From NCBI GenBank assembly GCA_037141915.1, contig JBAXBP010000002.1:1-58086 (forward strand): a DNA stretch of 58,086 bases. The letters are read 5' to 3'. The translations under genes and the position numbers were made by a program. Below, in pieces: positions 8,292-16,852 of the stretch (positions are counted from its first letter, which is position 1; every line of letters begins with the position of its first letter). Source of the stretch: Bacteroidota bacterium. GTDB taxonomy: Bacteria > Bacteroidota > Bacteroidia > Bacteroidales > FEN-979. The notes under the pieces were generated by a model, which was not told where the DNA came from, did no database searches, and saw only the letters and a list, made by a program, of their open reading frames with translations.

Positions 8292-9527
8292 ATGACGAAA
8301 TTTTTCGGGTTGTTAATCCTGGCAGCCATTCTCTCGGGCGGATGCATGCATCGCAATACGCTGAAACAAGGGCCTTACCTCGGCGTCATCCGTATCGACA
8401 GCTCCGATGATAAAATGGACCTTCCTTTCAACATGATCTACGCCCAGTCGCCCGATGGTCAGAAAGTAATGCAGGTGAGCAATGCCGGGGAGGTGATTAT
8501 GATAAGTGAATTTGCAGTTTCCGGTGATACGGTTTTTATGAAATTCCCTGTTTACACTTCCGAGATCATCGCTTTGATAAGGCATGATTCACTTATCGGC
8601 AGATATTATCCGAAAGGCAAAGAAGATGGATCCTGGTATAAATTTTATGCTGTTCAGGGGATGACCGACAGGTTTCCCTGGGCAAATAAGAAACCAGATG
8701 TAAACCTGACAGGCCGTTGGAAGATCAGCGAAAACAGAGGCACTTCCGATTCAACATTCATGATTGGTGAATTTGTTCAGGACAGTAACCATATTGCAGG
8801 CACTATTCTTGATCCCGCAGGCGATTATCGATTCCTTGAAGGAAAAGTTTCGGGGAATAAATTCATGATCTCAGCAGTGGATGGCGCTCATACGCTGATA
8901 CTGACAGCCGACATTTCCCCTGTTGGTAAACTTGTAAACGGAAGGTTAACAGGAAGCCCGAGGTGGAAAACAAGCTGGAAGGCTGAGAGAAATGAGACTT
9001 ATATGCTTCCTAAGATGGATGAACTGCTAAAGTTAAAACCCAATGCCCCTCTTTTCAATTTCAGCCTGCCGGAAATCAATGGTGACATAGTTACACTTAA
9101 TGATCCGAAATTCAAGGATAAGGTGGTCATTGTGATAGCTATAGGCACATGGTGCCCGAATTGCCTGGATGAAACCATGTTTTTTAAAGACCTTTACACT
9201 TCATACAAGGACAAGGGGCTTGAGATCGTTGCCCTTTGTTTTGAAGGGAAGACTTTTGAAGCATCCAAAAAGCCTATGGGAAGGTTTATAGCCCAGACAG
9301 GTGCAGAATACTCTTTTCTCTATGCAGGCCCCCGCGGAGGCGAAGCCCTGCATTCAGTCCTGTATAACCTGGAAGGCCGCTGGGCCTACCCGTCATCAAT
9401 CTACATTGACAGGAATAGGGTGATAAGAAAGGTCGAAACAGGTTTTTACGGCCCCGGAACCGGGAAGCATTACAAAGACTATACGGAAGAAACCACGAAA
9501 TTTATTGAGAAGTTGCTGAATGAATAA
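8292..9527 (+). CDS. Lipoprotein with C-terminal TlpA/thioredoxin-like domain (WCPNC)
   Basis: Lipobox LSGGC. The C-terminal roughly 150 aa carry a WCPNC redox motif in an AhpC/TSA-redoxin context. The N-terminal roughly 250 aa are unassigned. Confidence 0.75.
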   Translation: MTKFFGLLILAAILSGGCMHRNTLKQGPYLGVIRIDSSDDKMDLPFNMIYAQSPDGQKVMQVSNAGEVIMISEFAVSGDTVFMKFPVYTSEIIALIRHDSLIGRYYPKGKEDGSWYKFYAVQGMTDRFPWANKKPDVNLTGRWKISENRGTSDSTFMIGEFVQDSNHIAGTILDPAGDYRFLEGKVSGNKFMISAVDGAHTLILTADISPVGKLVNGRLTGSPRWKTSWKAERNETYMLPKMDELLKLKPNAPLFNFSLPEINGDIVTLNDPKFKDKVVIVIAIGTWCPNCLDETMFFKDLYTSYKDKGLEIVALCFEGKTFEASKKPMGRFIAQTGAEYSFLYAGPRGGEALHSVLYNLEGRWAYPSSIYIDRNRVIRKVETGFYGPGTGKHYKDYTEETTKFIEKLLNE

Positions 9528-9563
9528 AAGGCGAAATTTCGCTTTTCGCTATTTCGCTATTTT
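9528..9563. terminator. Convergent-gene spacer: palindrome GCGAAATTTCGC plus octamer array (TCGCTATT x2, TCGCTTT)
   Basis: 9531-9542 is a perfect 12-nt palindrome. 9539-9561 is three tandem units of the AGCGAA word family. The element fills the whole gap between two convergent stop codons. Confidence 0.5.
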
Positions 9564-10553
9564 TTAATATGCCCACTTAACCCATACGCTTCCCCAGGTA
9601 AAACCTCCCCCGAAAGCAGCAAGTATCACATTGTCGCCTTTTTTCAGTTTGTTTTCCCATTCCCAGAGACATAACGGTATGGTGCCTCCGGTGGTATTGC
9701 CGTAACGTTCAATGTTTATCATGACCCGGTCTGTTCCGACGCCCATGCGTCGGGCAGTCGCATCTATAATACGCAGGTTTGCCTGGTGAGGAACGAGGTA
9801 TGCAACATCTTCCGATTTCAGGTTGTTCCTTGCCATGATCTCTGCAGCCGCATCCGCCATTTTAGTCACTGCAAACTTGAAAACAGGCTGACCTTCCTGG
9901 TATACGAAATGTTCTCCGGCATCAATAGTCTCATATGAAGATGGTTTCAGGGAGCCACCAGCCTTCATGTGAAGGTGTACCCTGCCCGATCCGTCCGATT
10001 GCATGATGGAATCCATGATCCCAACTTCATCTTCGGTAGGCTCAAGTAAAATCGCACCTGCGCCATCCCCAAACAGGACACAGGTCTCACGGTTGGTGTA
10101 GTCTACGATGGATGACATTTTATCAGCCCCCACAACAATGGCTTTTTTAATTGAGCCTGTCTCGATGAATTTGGATGCCGTCACCAGTGCATAAATAAGA
10201 CCTGAACAGGCAGCATTCAGGTCGTAACTGAACGCATTCTTTATCCCGGCCTTGTCACAGATTATATTTGCTGTTGCAGGGAATACCATATCCGGTGTAA
10301 CAGTAGCGCAGATCAAAAGACCAATCTCTTCGGGACGCGTTCCTGTTTTCTCACACAGGGCTTTTACAGCTTCGGCTCCCATATCGGAAGTTCCAAGACC
10401 TTCTCCCTTCAGTATATGCCTTTCCTTAATGCCAGTACGCGAGATGATCCATTCATCAGAGGTATCGACCATGGACTCCAGCTCTTTATTGGTAAGAATG
10501 TAAGGAGGAACCCAACCCTGAATTCCTGTGATTGCAGCCCTGATCCTGGTCAT
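9564..10553 (-). CDS. fabH: 3-oxoacyl-ACP synthase III
   Basis: Active-site LNAACSGLIYAL, VPHQANLRII and YGNTTGGTIPL. Start set at MTRIRAAITG (ATG 10553), 10 nt after the plsX stop. Confidence 0.92.
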   Translation of the reverse strand: MTRIRAAITGIQGWVPPYILTNKELESMVDTSDEWIISRTGIKERHILKGEGLGTSDMGAEAVKALCEKTGTRPEEIGLLICATVTPDMVFPATANIICDKAGIKNAFSYDLNAACSGLIYALVTASKFIETGSIKKAIVVGADKMSSIVDYTNRETCVLFGDGAGAILLEPTEDEVGIMDSIMQSDGSGRVHLHMKAGGSLKPSSYETIDAGEHFVYQEGQPVFKFAVTKMADAAAEIMARNNLKSEDVAYLVPHQANLRIIDATARRMGVGTDRVMINIERYGNTTGGTIPLCLWEWENKLKKGDNVILAAFGGGFTWGSVWVKWAY

Positions 10554-10563
10554 TGGATGATGT

Positions 10564-11523
10564 TTAAAAATTGTTGATTGTGTACTGCTCAAGCGCATGT
10601 TTGATTTTGGCAGGCAGCTCAGCTAAGGTGATTTCCCTCGAAAGCAGGATCATGTTTTTAATTGCTGTACTGTTTGATATCCCGTGGCCGACGATCACGT
10701 TCCCGTTCACGCCCAGGATAGGGGTGCCTCCATAGATCTCATAGTTGAAACGGTCGAGATAAGAATCTTTGATCCCGCGTTTCACCAGGACCCTGTACAT
10801 TGCTTCTATCTGTTTCAGCACGATGTTTCCGACAAACCCGTCGCATACGATGACATCAATATTATCCCTGAATAATTCCCTTCCTTCAACATTTCCGATG
10901 AAATTATAGTCTTTTGAATCTTTCATCAGCTGGAAGGCCGACTGGGTTGTAAGGCTGCCTTTTTTTTCCTCTGATCCTATGCTGAGAAGGCCTACCCTCG
11001 GATTCTTTACATGGAATACATTTTCTGCAAAAAGCGACCCCAGCAGCCCGAACTGGTACATGACGTCGGGTTTGGCATCAGGATTGGTTCCCACATCAAT
11101 AAGAATGGACATCCCTCCGTTCTCTTTTGCAATATATGCAGGAGAACTCGGGCGGATGATCCCCTGGATATTCCCGACACTGTAGATCGCTCCGACAAGC
11201 ATGGCACCGCTGCTTCCTGCACTGGCAAAGGAATTGATCTCCTCATGCTTCAGAAGCCGGAAACCTGTTGAAATACTTGAGTTTGGCTTGTTAACAAGAG
11301 CCTTTGTAGGGCTTTCATCCATCTCTATCAGATCGGGGGCATCCACGATCTCAAATATCGAAGGACTTACATTTTCTTCCTTCAGGAAAGCAAGAATAAT
11401 ATCCTTGTCCCCGATCAAAACGATCTTGTCACTGGGAGGCAGCTCTTTATGAGCCATCAATGCACCATGCAAAGTAGCATTAGGTGCAAAATCACCTCCC
11501 AAAACATCTAACCCGATCCTCAT
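10564..11523 (-). CDS. plsX: Phosphate acyltransferase PlsX
   Basis: 319 aa, MRIGLDVLGGDFAP... Family-typical N-terminus and conserved rpmF-plsX-fabH order. Confidence 0.9.
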   Translation of the reverse strand: MRIGLDVLGGDFAPNATLHGALMAHKELPPSDKIVLIGDKDIILAFLKEENVSPSIFEIVDAPDLIEMDESPTKALVNKPNSSISTGFRLLKHEEINSFASAGSSGAMLVGAIYSVGNIQGIIRPSSPAYIAKENGGMSILIDVGTNPDAKPDVMYQFGLLGSLFAENVFHVKNPRVGLLSIGSEEKKGSLTTQSAFQLMKDSKDYNFIGNVEGRELFRDNIDVIVCDGFVGNIVLKQIEAMYRVLVKRGIKDSYLDRFNYEIYGGTPILGVNGNVIVGHGISNSTAIKNMILLSREITLAELPAKIKHALEQYTINNF

Positions 11524-11583
11524 TAGCCAGAATTTTGGTGAACGACTGATTAATTCGTCGGCGAATAATCCCGCATTTCAGGA

Positions 11584-11769
11584 TTATTCCGCAGCTGCCT
11601 TTACAACAGCCTGCTTCCCACGGTAATAACCGCATTCCGGACATACCCTGTGGTAAAGAACCGGTGCGCCGCAATTGGTGCAAAGGGCAAAGGTAGGGCT
11701 TTCAGCTTTATCATGTGTCCTTCTTTTATCCCTGCGTTGATTCGAAATTTTTCGTTTAGGATGTGGCAT
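11584..11769 (-). CDS. rpmF: 50S ribosomal protein L32
   Basis: MPHPKRKISNQRRDKRRTHDK plus the CTNCG...CPECG zinc ribbon. Confidence 0.92.
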   Translation of the reverse strand: MPHPKRKISNQRRDKRRTHDKAESPTFALCTNCGAPVLYHRVCPECGYYRGKQAVVKAAAE

Positions 11770-11810
11770 ACTATTTATGTATTAATGTTGGTCTGAATAT
11801 TTCTCTTCAT

Positions 11811-11838
11811 TTGTAAATTGTACATGGTACATTGTACA
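11811..11838. repeat. Heptamer tandem array (TNGTACA)x4
   Basis: TTGTAAA TTGTACA TGGTACA TTGTACA. It lies 10 nt downstream of the yceD-like stop, inside the yceD-rpmF spacer. Confidence 0.85.
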
Positions 11839-11848
11839 TTCTTTTCCT

Positions 11849-12361
11849 TTATTCTTTTTCCTTCAGTTTTCTCAGTACCTCCCATCGCGGATCAGGCTCA
11901 TGAGTAAGGTCAGGATCTTCAAGTCTCTTTATAACGTCAGGATTACAAAGACTTTTTCCTTTACTGTCATTCCCGTGAACACGGTGTGCCGGCAACATCA
12001 CGCACACATATTCATAAAGGAAGTGGCTGATATCAACCCGGCCATCAGATTCCTTGATAATCCGGATGTCTTCACTTTCTTCCTCGTAGTGGTCGCTGAG
12101 CTTTACAACCAGATTCTGCTTGCCGCTGATTTCAACAACCAGCGGATCCCCGCAACGATCACAAACCATACCGAGGGTCCCAAAGATATCGAAACGGAAA
12201 ACAAGCATCCGCTCATCTTTCTCCATCTCAGTGATAATCTTTATGTTACAGTCCGCGATATCACTATAACTATAATGTTCAAAGAACGAATGATCTAAAG
12301 TGAATTCAAAATTATGCAGTCCTGGTTTCAATCCACTGAACTGGATCTGGTATTTCTCCAT
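11849..12361 (-). CDS. YceD/DUF177 family protein
   Basis: About 170 aa with MVCDRCGDPL and a second Cys cluster. It sits immediately upstream of rpmF, as in the conserved yceD-rpmF operon. ATG at 12361; a GTG at 12370 is an alternative. Confidence 0.8.
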   Translation of the reverse strand: MEKYQIQFSGLKPGLHNFEFTLDHSFFEHYSYSDIADCNIKIITEMEKDERMLVFRFDIFGTLGMVCDRCGDPLVVEISGKQNLVVKLSDHYEEESEDIRIIKESDGRVDISHFLYEYVCVMLPAHRVHGNDSKGKSLCNPDVIKRLEDPDLTHEPDPRWEVLRKLKEKE

Positions 12362-12388
12362 TTTGTCCACTTGACTTCAAAAAGCCTG

Positions 12389-12396
12389 CAAAATTA
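12389..12396 (-). promoter_or_regulatory. -7 box TAATTTTG for the yceD-rpmF-plsX-fabH operon
   Basis: Plus strand reads CAAAATTA, 19-28 nt upstream of the candidate starts. Confidence 0.55.
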
Positions 12397-12450
12397 AAAA
12401 TTTATTTGATGACTACCAAAACTGTTATAAGCCATATACTTGTATTTCTA

Positions 12451-12458
12451 TATATTTG
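12451..12458 (+). promoter_or_regulatory. -7 box TATATTTG for the proline dehydrogenase gene
   Basis: Exact match, 20 nt upstream of ATG 12478. This argues against the longer ORF-track start at 12406. Confidence 0.55.
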
Positions 12459-12477
12459 CCCCATAAAATTCAAGATT

Positions 12478-13389
12478 ATGTTCAATAAGATTATAACCTG
12501 GATGATCCCTTTCATGCCCAAAAAACTGGTATGGATCTTCTCTAAAAAATACATTGCCGGCGAGACTATCGATGATGCCGTAAAAGTAAGCAGGGCGCTC
12601 AATGCCGATGGTATCAAGATCACCATTGACCTTCTCGGAGAGTTCATAACCACGCTTGATGAGGCTGCCGAAAATAAAGCTGCCTACCTCTCTATCATTG
12701 ACAGGATCCAGAAAGAAAAGATTGACGGGAATTATTCTTTGAAACCAACAAGTTTCGGGTTGCTTCTTGATAAGCAGGTATGTTTTGCACATATCCTCGA
12801 AATCGTTGCCAAAGCCGCTTCCTACGGCAATTTTGTTCGTATCGACATGGAGGACTCACCTTGTACCGACCTTGAGATCGAACTCTTCAGGAAGCTGAAA
12901 CAGGAATTCCCGGCGAATGTCGGGCTGGTAGTCCAGGCCTATATGAGACGAACGCTTCAGGACCTTAAAAACCTGAAGGATATTCATTCGGCTGAAACCC
13001 CTTTGAATTTCAGGCTTTGTAAAGGTATTTATGTTGAACCTGAGGCAATTGCATATAAAAAGTACCCCGAGGTCAATGAGCATTACCTTGAGGATCTTGA
13101 GTTCATGTTTGCCAACGGTTATTACCCGGGCATTGCAACCCATGACAGGCCCCTGGTTGAAGGTGCGTATCAACTGATTGAGAAATTCAAGGTCCCAAAG
13201 CACCTCTACGAATTCCAGATGCTTTACGGTGTAACCCCCGATTTAAGAAAGAGCATAGTCGATAAAGGGCATACGATGAGAGTGTACGTTCCGTTCGGGA
13301 AGGAATGGTTCGGTTATTCAACACGCCGGTTGAAAGAAAACCCCAAGATGGCAAGCCTGATTATTAAGGCGTTGTTTATAAGGGGGTAG
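12478..13389 (+). CDS. Monofunctional proline dehydrogenase (PutA-type PRODH barrel)
   Basis: FRLCKGIY, GIATHD, EFQMLYGV and YVPFG..W..Y..RRLKENP motifs of the PRODH family. No P5C dehydrogenase domain is present. Confidence 0.85.
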   Translation: MFNKIITWMIPFMPKKLVWIFSKKYIAGETIDDAVKVSRALNADGIKITIDLLGEFITTLDEAAENKAAYLSIIDRIQKEKIDGNYSLKPTSFGLLLDKQVCFAHILEIVAKAASYGNFVRIDMEDSPCTDLEIELFRKLKQEFPANVGLVVQAYMRRTLQDLKNLKDIHSAETPLNFRLCKGIYVEPEAIAYKKYPEVNEHYLEDLEFMFANGYYPGIATHDRPLVEGAYQLIEKFKVPKHLYEFQMLYGVTPDLRKSIVDKGHTMRVYVPFGKEWFGYSTRRLKENPKMASLIIKALFIRG

Positions 13390-13390
13390 T

Positions 13391-13542
13391 TGAATTGCGA
13401 ATATTGAATTATGAATGGAATAATCGAATACTCGAATAACGAATTATGATTTAAGAATTTGAATTACAGATCATTCAGAATTCAAAATTCGTTATTCTAT
13501 TATTCTATTATTCAATCTTTTTCATATAAAATTCGGAATTCA
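13391..13542. terminator. About 150-nt imperfect palindrome built from GAAT/CGAAT words; candidate bidirectional terminator
   Basis: 13391-13405 pairs with 13528-13542 (13/15). ggaataatcgaatactcgaataacgaatt pairs with aattcgttattctattattctattattca (about 26/30). The inner stem is TTTGAATT/AATTCAAA. The element fills the entire gap between convergent stops. Confidence 0.6.
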
Positions 13543-16500
13543 TTACTTAAAGGCTTTTTCCGGCATCCCGTCACCGCTGAGTCCCAGCCTTGCAAAATAA
13601 GTCGGGACGGATTTACCCATCAGGCTATCCACATACATTTTTGCAAGGTATTGTCCCAGCATGAAACCCTGGCCCCTCAGGCCGAGGAACAAACCTGATG
13701 CCGGGTCGATAACCATCCTGGGTTCAACATAATAGCCGGCCCATACCGCCTGGAAGCCTACCGAAGAAAGCTCCGGTATCCAGTTTGTAAATACTTCGGA
13801 AGCGATCTCAACAAAATCCTCGGAATTGACCTTTATGTTTTTTTCAGATTCCTGAGGATCTACTGCCGGTGAGGCACAACCAATGATTTGTCCTGTTTCG
13901 GCCAGTTGCTGGCCATACACTGCAGAGAATCCCTTATACTTTCTCCTGTCGATCAGCATGGGAAGCGGGCTTCCGTCTTTACCAAGCATGGGCAGGCGGC
14001 GTGTGATAAAGGCCTGGTGCTTAACAGCATAATGGCCCGTTTCAAAGCCCAGCATTTTGGCAAATTTACCCCCTTCAGGCCCAAGGGCATTGATAAAGAC
14101 AGGGGTCTCAAATTCAATATATTCCTTCTGATGGTTCATCGCCAAAACCTTGTATTGTCCGTTCTCGCGGCTTACATCCACAAGCCGGCAATCCTCTTCT
14201 ACCCTTCCGCCTTTTTCAATTCCTATACGGCGGATCAGGTCGATGACCCTGCCGGGTGTGGCCTGCCAGCAGTCTTTGGTGATAAGAGCTGCAAGGTAAT
14301 TGCTCATAGCTGGATTTATCCTCGGGGATATCTCTTGGGGGAAGTCTTTTGGCTCAACCATGAAAGCATTGGACCACGACATTGAAGTCTCCAGGGCCTT
14401 GAACATCTCCTGGTCATGGGCAAAAGTGACATACAGGATCGGCCTGAAATCAACATTATGGATTTTCTGAAGGTCCCTGAATATTTCGAGATTATGATTT
14501 GCTATATCGCTGAGTTCGGGCACCGAGAAGTTCGGACGGCCTCCTGCAATGTTACGCCAGGAGGCGCCCCTGCCGAAATTCAACAGTACAGGCTCCTTGC
14601 CGGCCTCGCTCAGGTAACGGAACAAGGCGCTACCCCCGATGCCGCCTCCGGCAACCAGGGCATTCACCTTCACTTTCTTGGTCTTCTTACCGTTGATCTC
14701 GGTAATGACCTGCTCATGCACATTCCGGGGATACAACTCGCCCATGGAAACCTGGTTCGATAAAGGCCCGCGGGGTGTAGGTTCTCCAACTATGCTGATC
14801 CCTGTTCCGGCCAGGCGGGTCTTGAGGCGTTTGATACAACGTTTTCCCCTGCAGGCGCCCATTCCAAGCCTGGTGGTATGCTTAACCTCATCCACCGAAA
14901 TAAATTTCCTTTCACCTATTACCTCCATGATCTCGTCAAGGGTTACATCATCGCAATGACAAACATAGGTGGCCTCTGCCGATTCATTCCGGTGAGGCTT
15001 AAATTCAACGGGCTCGGGGTAAATGGTTTTGGCAATAAATCCCCTGACGGCAGTGAGATATTCCCCATGGATGTCAATTGCCCTGACCCTTGCGATATTC
15101 GTTTTATTATGCTTTTTGAAGATCTTTTCCACTACTCCCTCTCCCAGCTTTTTGCCGTTGTTATCAACCAGGAAACATTCTGATTTCTCTTCAACTGCAT
15201 ACTCGACAGGCAGGAACAGCCAGTCTTTTTTGAAATTATACCCGAAGATGGCCAGGCCCGGGCACTGGTAAACACAGTCCATGCAACCAGTGCATTTACC
15301 GAAATCTATTTCAGGAACATTACTGGTGGATGACTTGGTGATGGCCCCGTTCGGGCATGAAAATGCGCAGGGATTGCAGGCAAAACCGTAAAGGCAGTCA
15401 ATCAGGACAAATCCTTTCTCATTCATCCTGTCCGCGGAGGGCAGGTACGGGTCCTGTATAATGCGGACCGGGTGCTGCTGGGAATCAATATATTCTTTTG
15501 AAACGGAAAGGAAGGCATCATAATCGTAACGTTCTCCCATCTCCTGGAGGATCTCGTAAGCGACCTGTTTGCCGCGGAGAACAGCACTTGTTCCTTCACC
15601 AATGCGGATTGAGTCGCCTGCTCCGAAACATTTCCTGCCAAAGACTTCATTTCCCTTGATGAGAAGCTGGTCATCGCACACAAGGCCCGTGCATATATTG
15701 ATGGCGTCAATGCCGTCTATTACTTTTTCTGTACCTGGTACTGGTTTGAAATTTTCGCATTCGGCTACCACGGCGCCAATAATTCCATCATGTGTTTTAT
15801 TCGGAATGGCCTTAAGGAGGATGTGGGATGTGAGAACAGGAATACCCAGCCTTCTTACCCTGTTTGCCTGCACAGGAAAGCCTCCTTCGTTCGGAAGGGC
15901 TTCTATGATCGCTTTTACCCTGGCCCCGGCCTGCATAAGCTGGTATGAGGTGAGGTATCCAATGTTCCCGGCACCGACGGTGAGTACATTCTTCCCGAGC
16001 AGGGTCAGCTCGCTGTTCATCATTTTCTGAACCACGGCTGCCGTGAAAACTCCCGGGAGATCATCATTTTCAAAGGTGGGCATGAACGGGACAGCGCCTG
16101 TTGCAACGATAAGGAATTCGCTGTCAACAAAATAGATTTCATCGGTGAGGATGTTCTTTACTGCAAGCCTCCCTCCTTCAAGGATATCCCATACCGTAGA
16201 ATTAAGGAATATGCCTTCATGATCCTCACCTGCTAGAGTTTTTGCAATGTCGAATCCCCGCATCCCTCCGAATTTTTTCTCCTTTTCAAAGAAAAAGAAC
16301 TGGTGGGTCTGCATCAGGAACTGCCCGCCAATCTTGTCATTATTATCGATCACTATGCAGTCGACCTTATGCCTGTTAAGCTCTTCACGGGCTGCCAGCC
16401 CGGCCGGGCCGGATCCTATAATGACTACCGTAGATTTATACACTTTCAGAGGTTCGTTTTTTTTCACCTCCGAAGGATTTGGCTCGAAATTATGAGGGAT

Positions 16501-16776
16501 CTCTCTTACTTCCTTTATGCCATCCACCCTTGTAATACAGATCCTTTTGATCTGATCATCGACAAGCATCTCGCATGCTCCGCATTTTCCAATGCCGCAT
16601 TCAAGGCTTCGTTCACGGTTTTTGAGACTGTGACTGTGTACAGGGAAACCTGCCTGGTGGAGGGCAGCAGCAATAGTAAACCCTTTTTCTCCGGTAACCG
16701 CCCTTCCTTCAAAAAGGAAAGTGGTGGTGTTCGGTTCGGGAATGTCAAGGATGGGGTGTTTCGATATCTTATACAT
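13543..16776 (-). CDS. Multidomain FAD/Fe-S oxidoreductase: 2Fe-2S + pyridine-nucleotide-disulfide oxidoreductase + 2x[4Fe-4S] + BFD-like 2Fe-2S + DAO-type FAD oxidase
   Basis: Motifs in N-to-C order: CGIGKCGACEM; VVIIGSGPAGLAA and VLTVGAGNIGYL; CNPCAFSCP and CTGCMDCVYQCP; CHCDDVTLDEI...GMGACRGKRC; ALVAGGGIGGSAL. ATG at 16776; the track start at 16782 is TTG. Confidence 0.8.
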   Translation of the reverse strand: MYKISKHPILDIPEPNTTTFLFEGRAVTGEKGFTIAAALHQAGFPVHSHSLKNRERSLECGIGKCGACEMLVDDQIKRICITRVDGIKEVREIPHNFEPNPSEVKKNEPLKVYKSTVVIIGSGPAGLAAREELNRHKVDCIVIDNNDKIGGQFLMQTHQFFFFEKEKKFGGMRGFDIAKTLAGEDHEGIFLNSTVWDILEGGRLAVKNILTDEIYFVDSEFLIVATGAVPFMPTFENDDLPGVFTAAVVQKMMNSELTLLGKNVLTVGAGNIGYLTSYQLMQAGARVKAIIEALPNEGGFPVQANRVRRLGIPVLTSHILLKAIPNKTHDGIIGAVVAECENFKPVPGTEKVIDGIDAINICTGLVCDDQLLIKGNEVFGRKCFGAGDSIRIGEGTSAVLRGKQVAYEILQEMGERYDYDAFLSVSKEYIDSQQHPVRIIQDPYLPSADRMNEKGFVLIDCLYGFACNPCAFSCPNGAITKSSTSNVPEIDFGKCTGCMDCVYQCPGLAIFGYNFKKDWLFLPVEYAVEEKSECFLVDNNGKKLGEGVVEKIFKKHNKTNIARVRAIDIHGEYLTAVRGFIAKTIYPEPVEFKPHRNESAEATYVCHCDDVTLDEIMEVIGERKFISVDEVKHTTRLGMGACRGKRCIKRLKTRLAGTGISIVGEPTPRGPLSNQVSMGELYPRNVHEQVITEINGKKTKKVKVNALVAGGGIGGSALFRYLSEAGKEPVLLNFGRGASWRNIAGGRPNFSVPELSDIANHNLEIFRDLQKIHNVDFRPILYVTFAHDQEMFKALETSMSWSNAFMVEPKDFPQEISPRINPAMSNYLAALITKDCWQATPGRVIDLIRRIGIEKGGRVEEDCRLVDVSRENGQYKVLAMNHQKEYIEFETPVFINALGPEGGKFAKMLGFETGHYAVKHQAFITRRLPMLGKDGSPLPMLIDRRKYKGFSAVYGQQLAETGQIIGCASPAVDPQESEKNIKVNSEDFVEIASEVFTNWIPELSSVGFQAVWAGYYVEPRMVIDPASGLFLGLRGQGFMLGQYLAKMYVDSLMGKSVPTYFARLGLSGDGMPEKAFK

Positions 16777-16806
16777 ATGCAAGTATGGTTAAGTGAAACG
16801 AGGGTA

Positions 16807-16814
16807 CAAAATTA
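16807..16814 (-). promoter_or_regulatory. -7 box TAATTTTG for the multidomain oxidoreductase
   Basis: Plus strand reads CAAAATTA, 31 nt upstream of ATG 16776. Confidence 0.5.
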
Positions 16815-16852
16815 CATTTTTTTGCATGAACCTACACAACCTGTGAATATTT

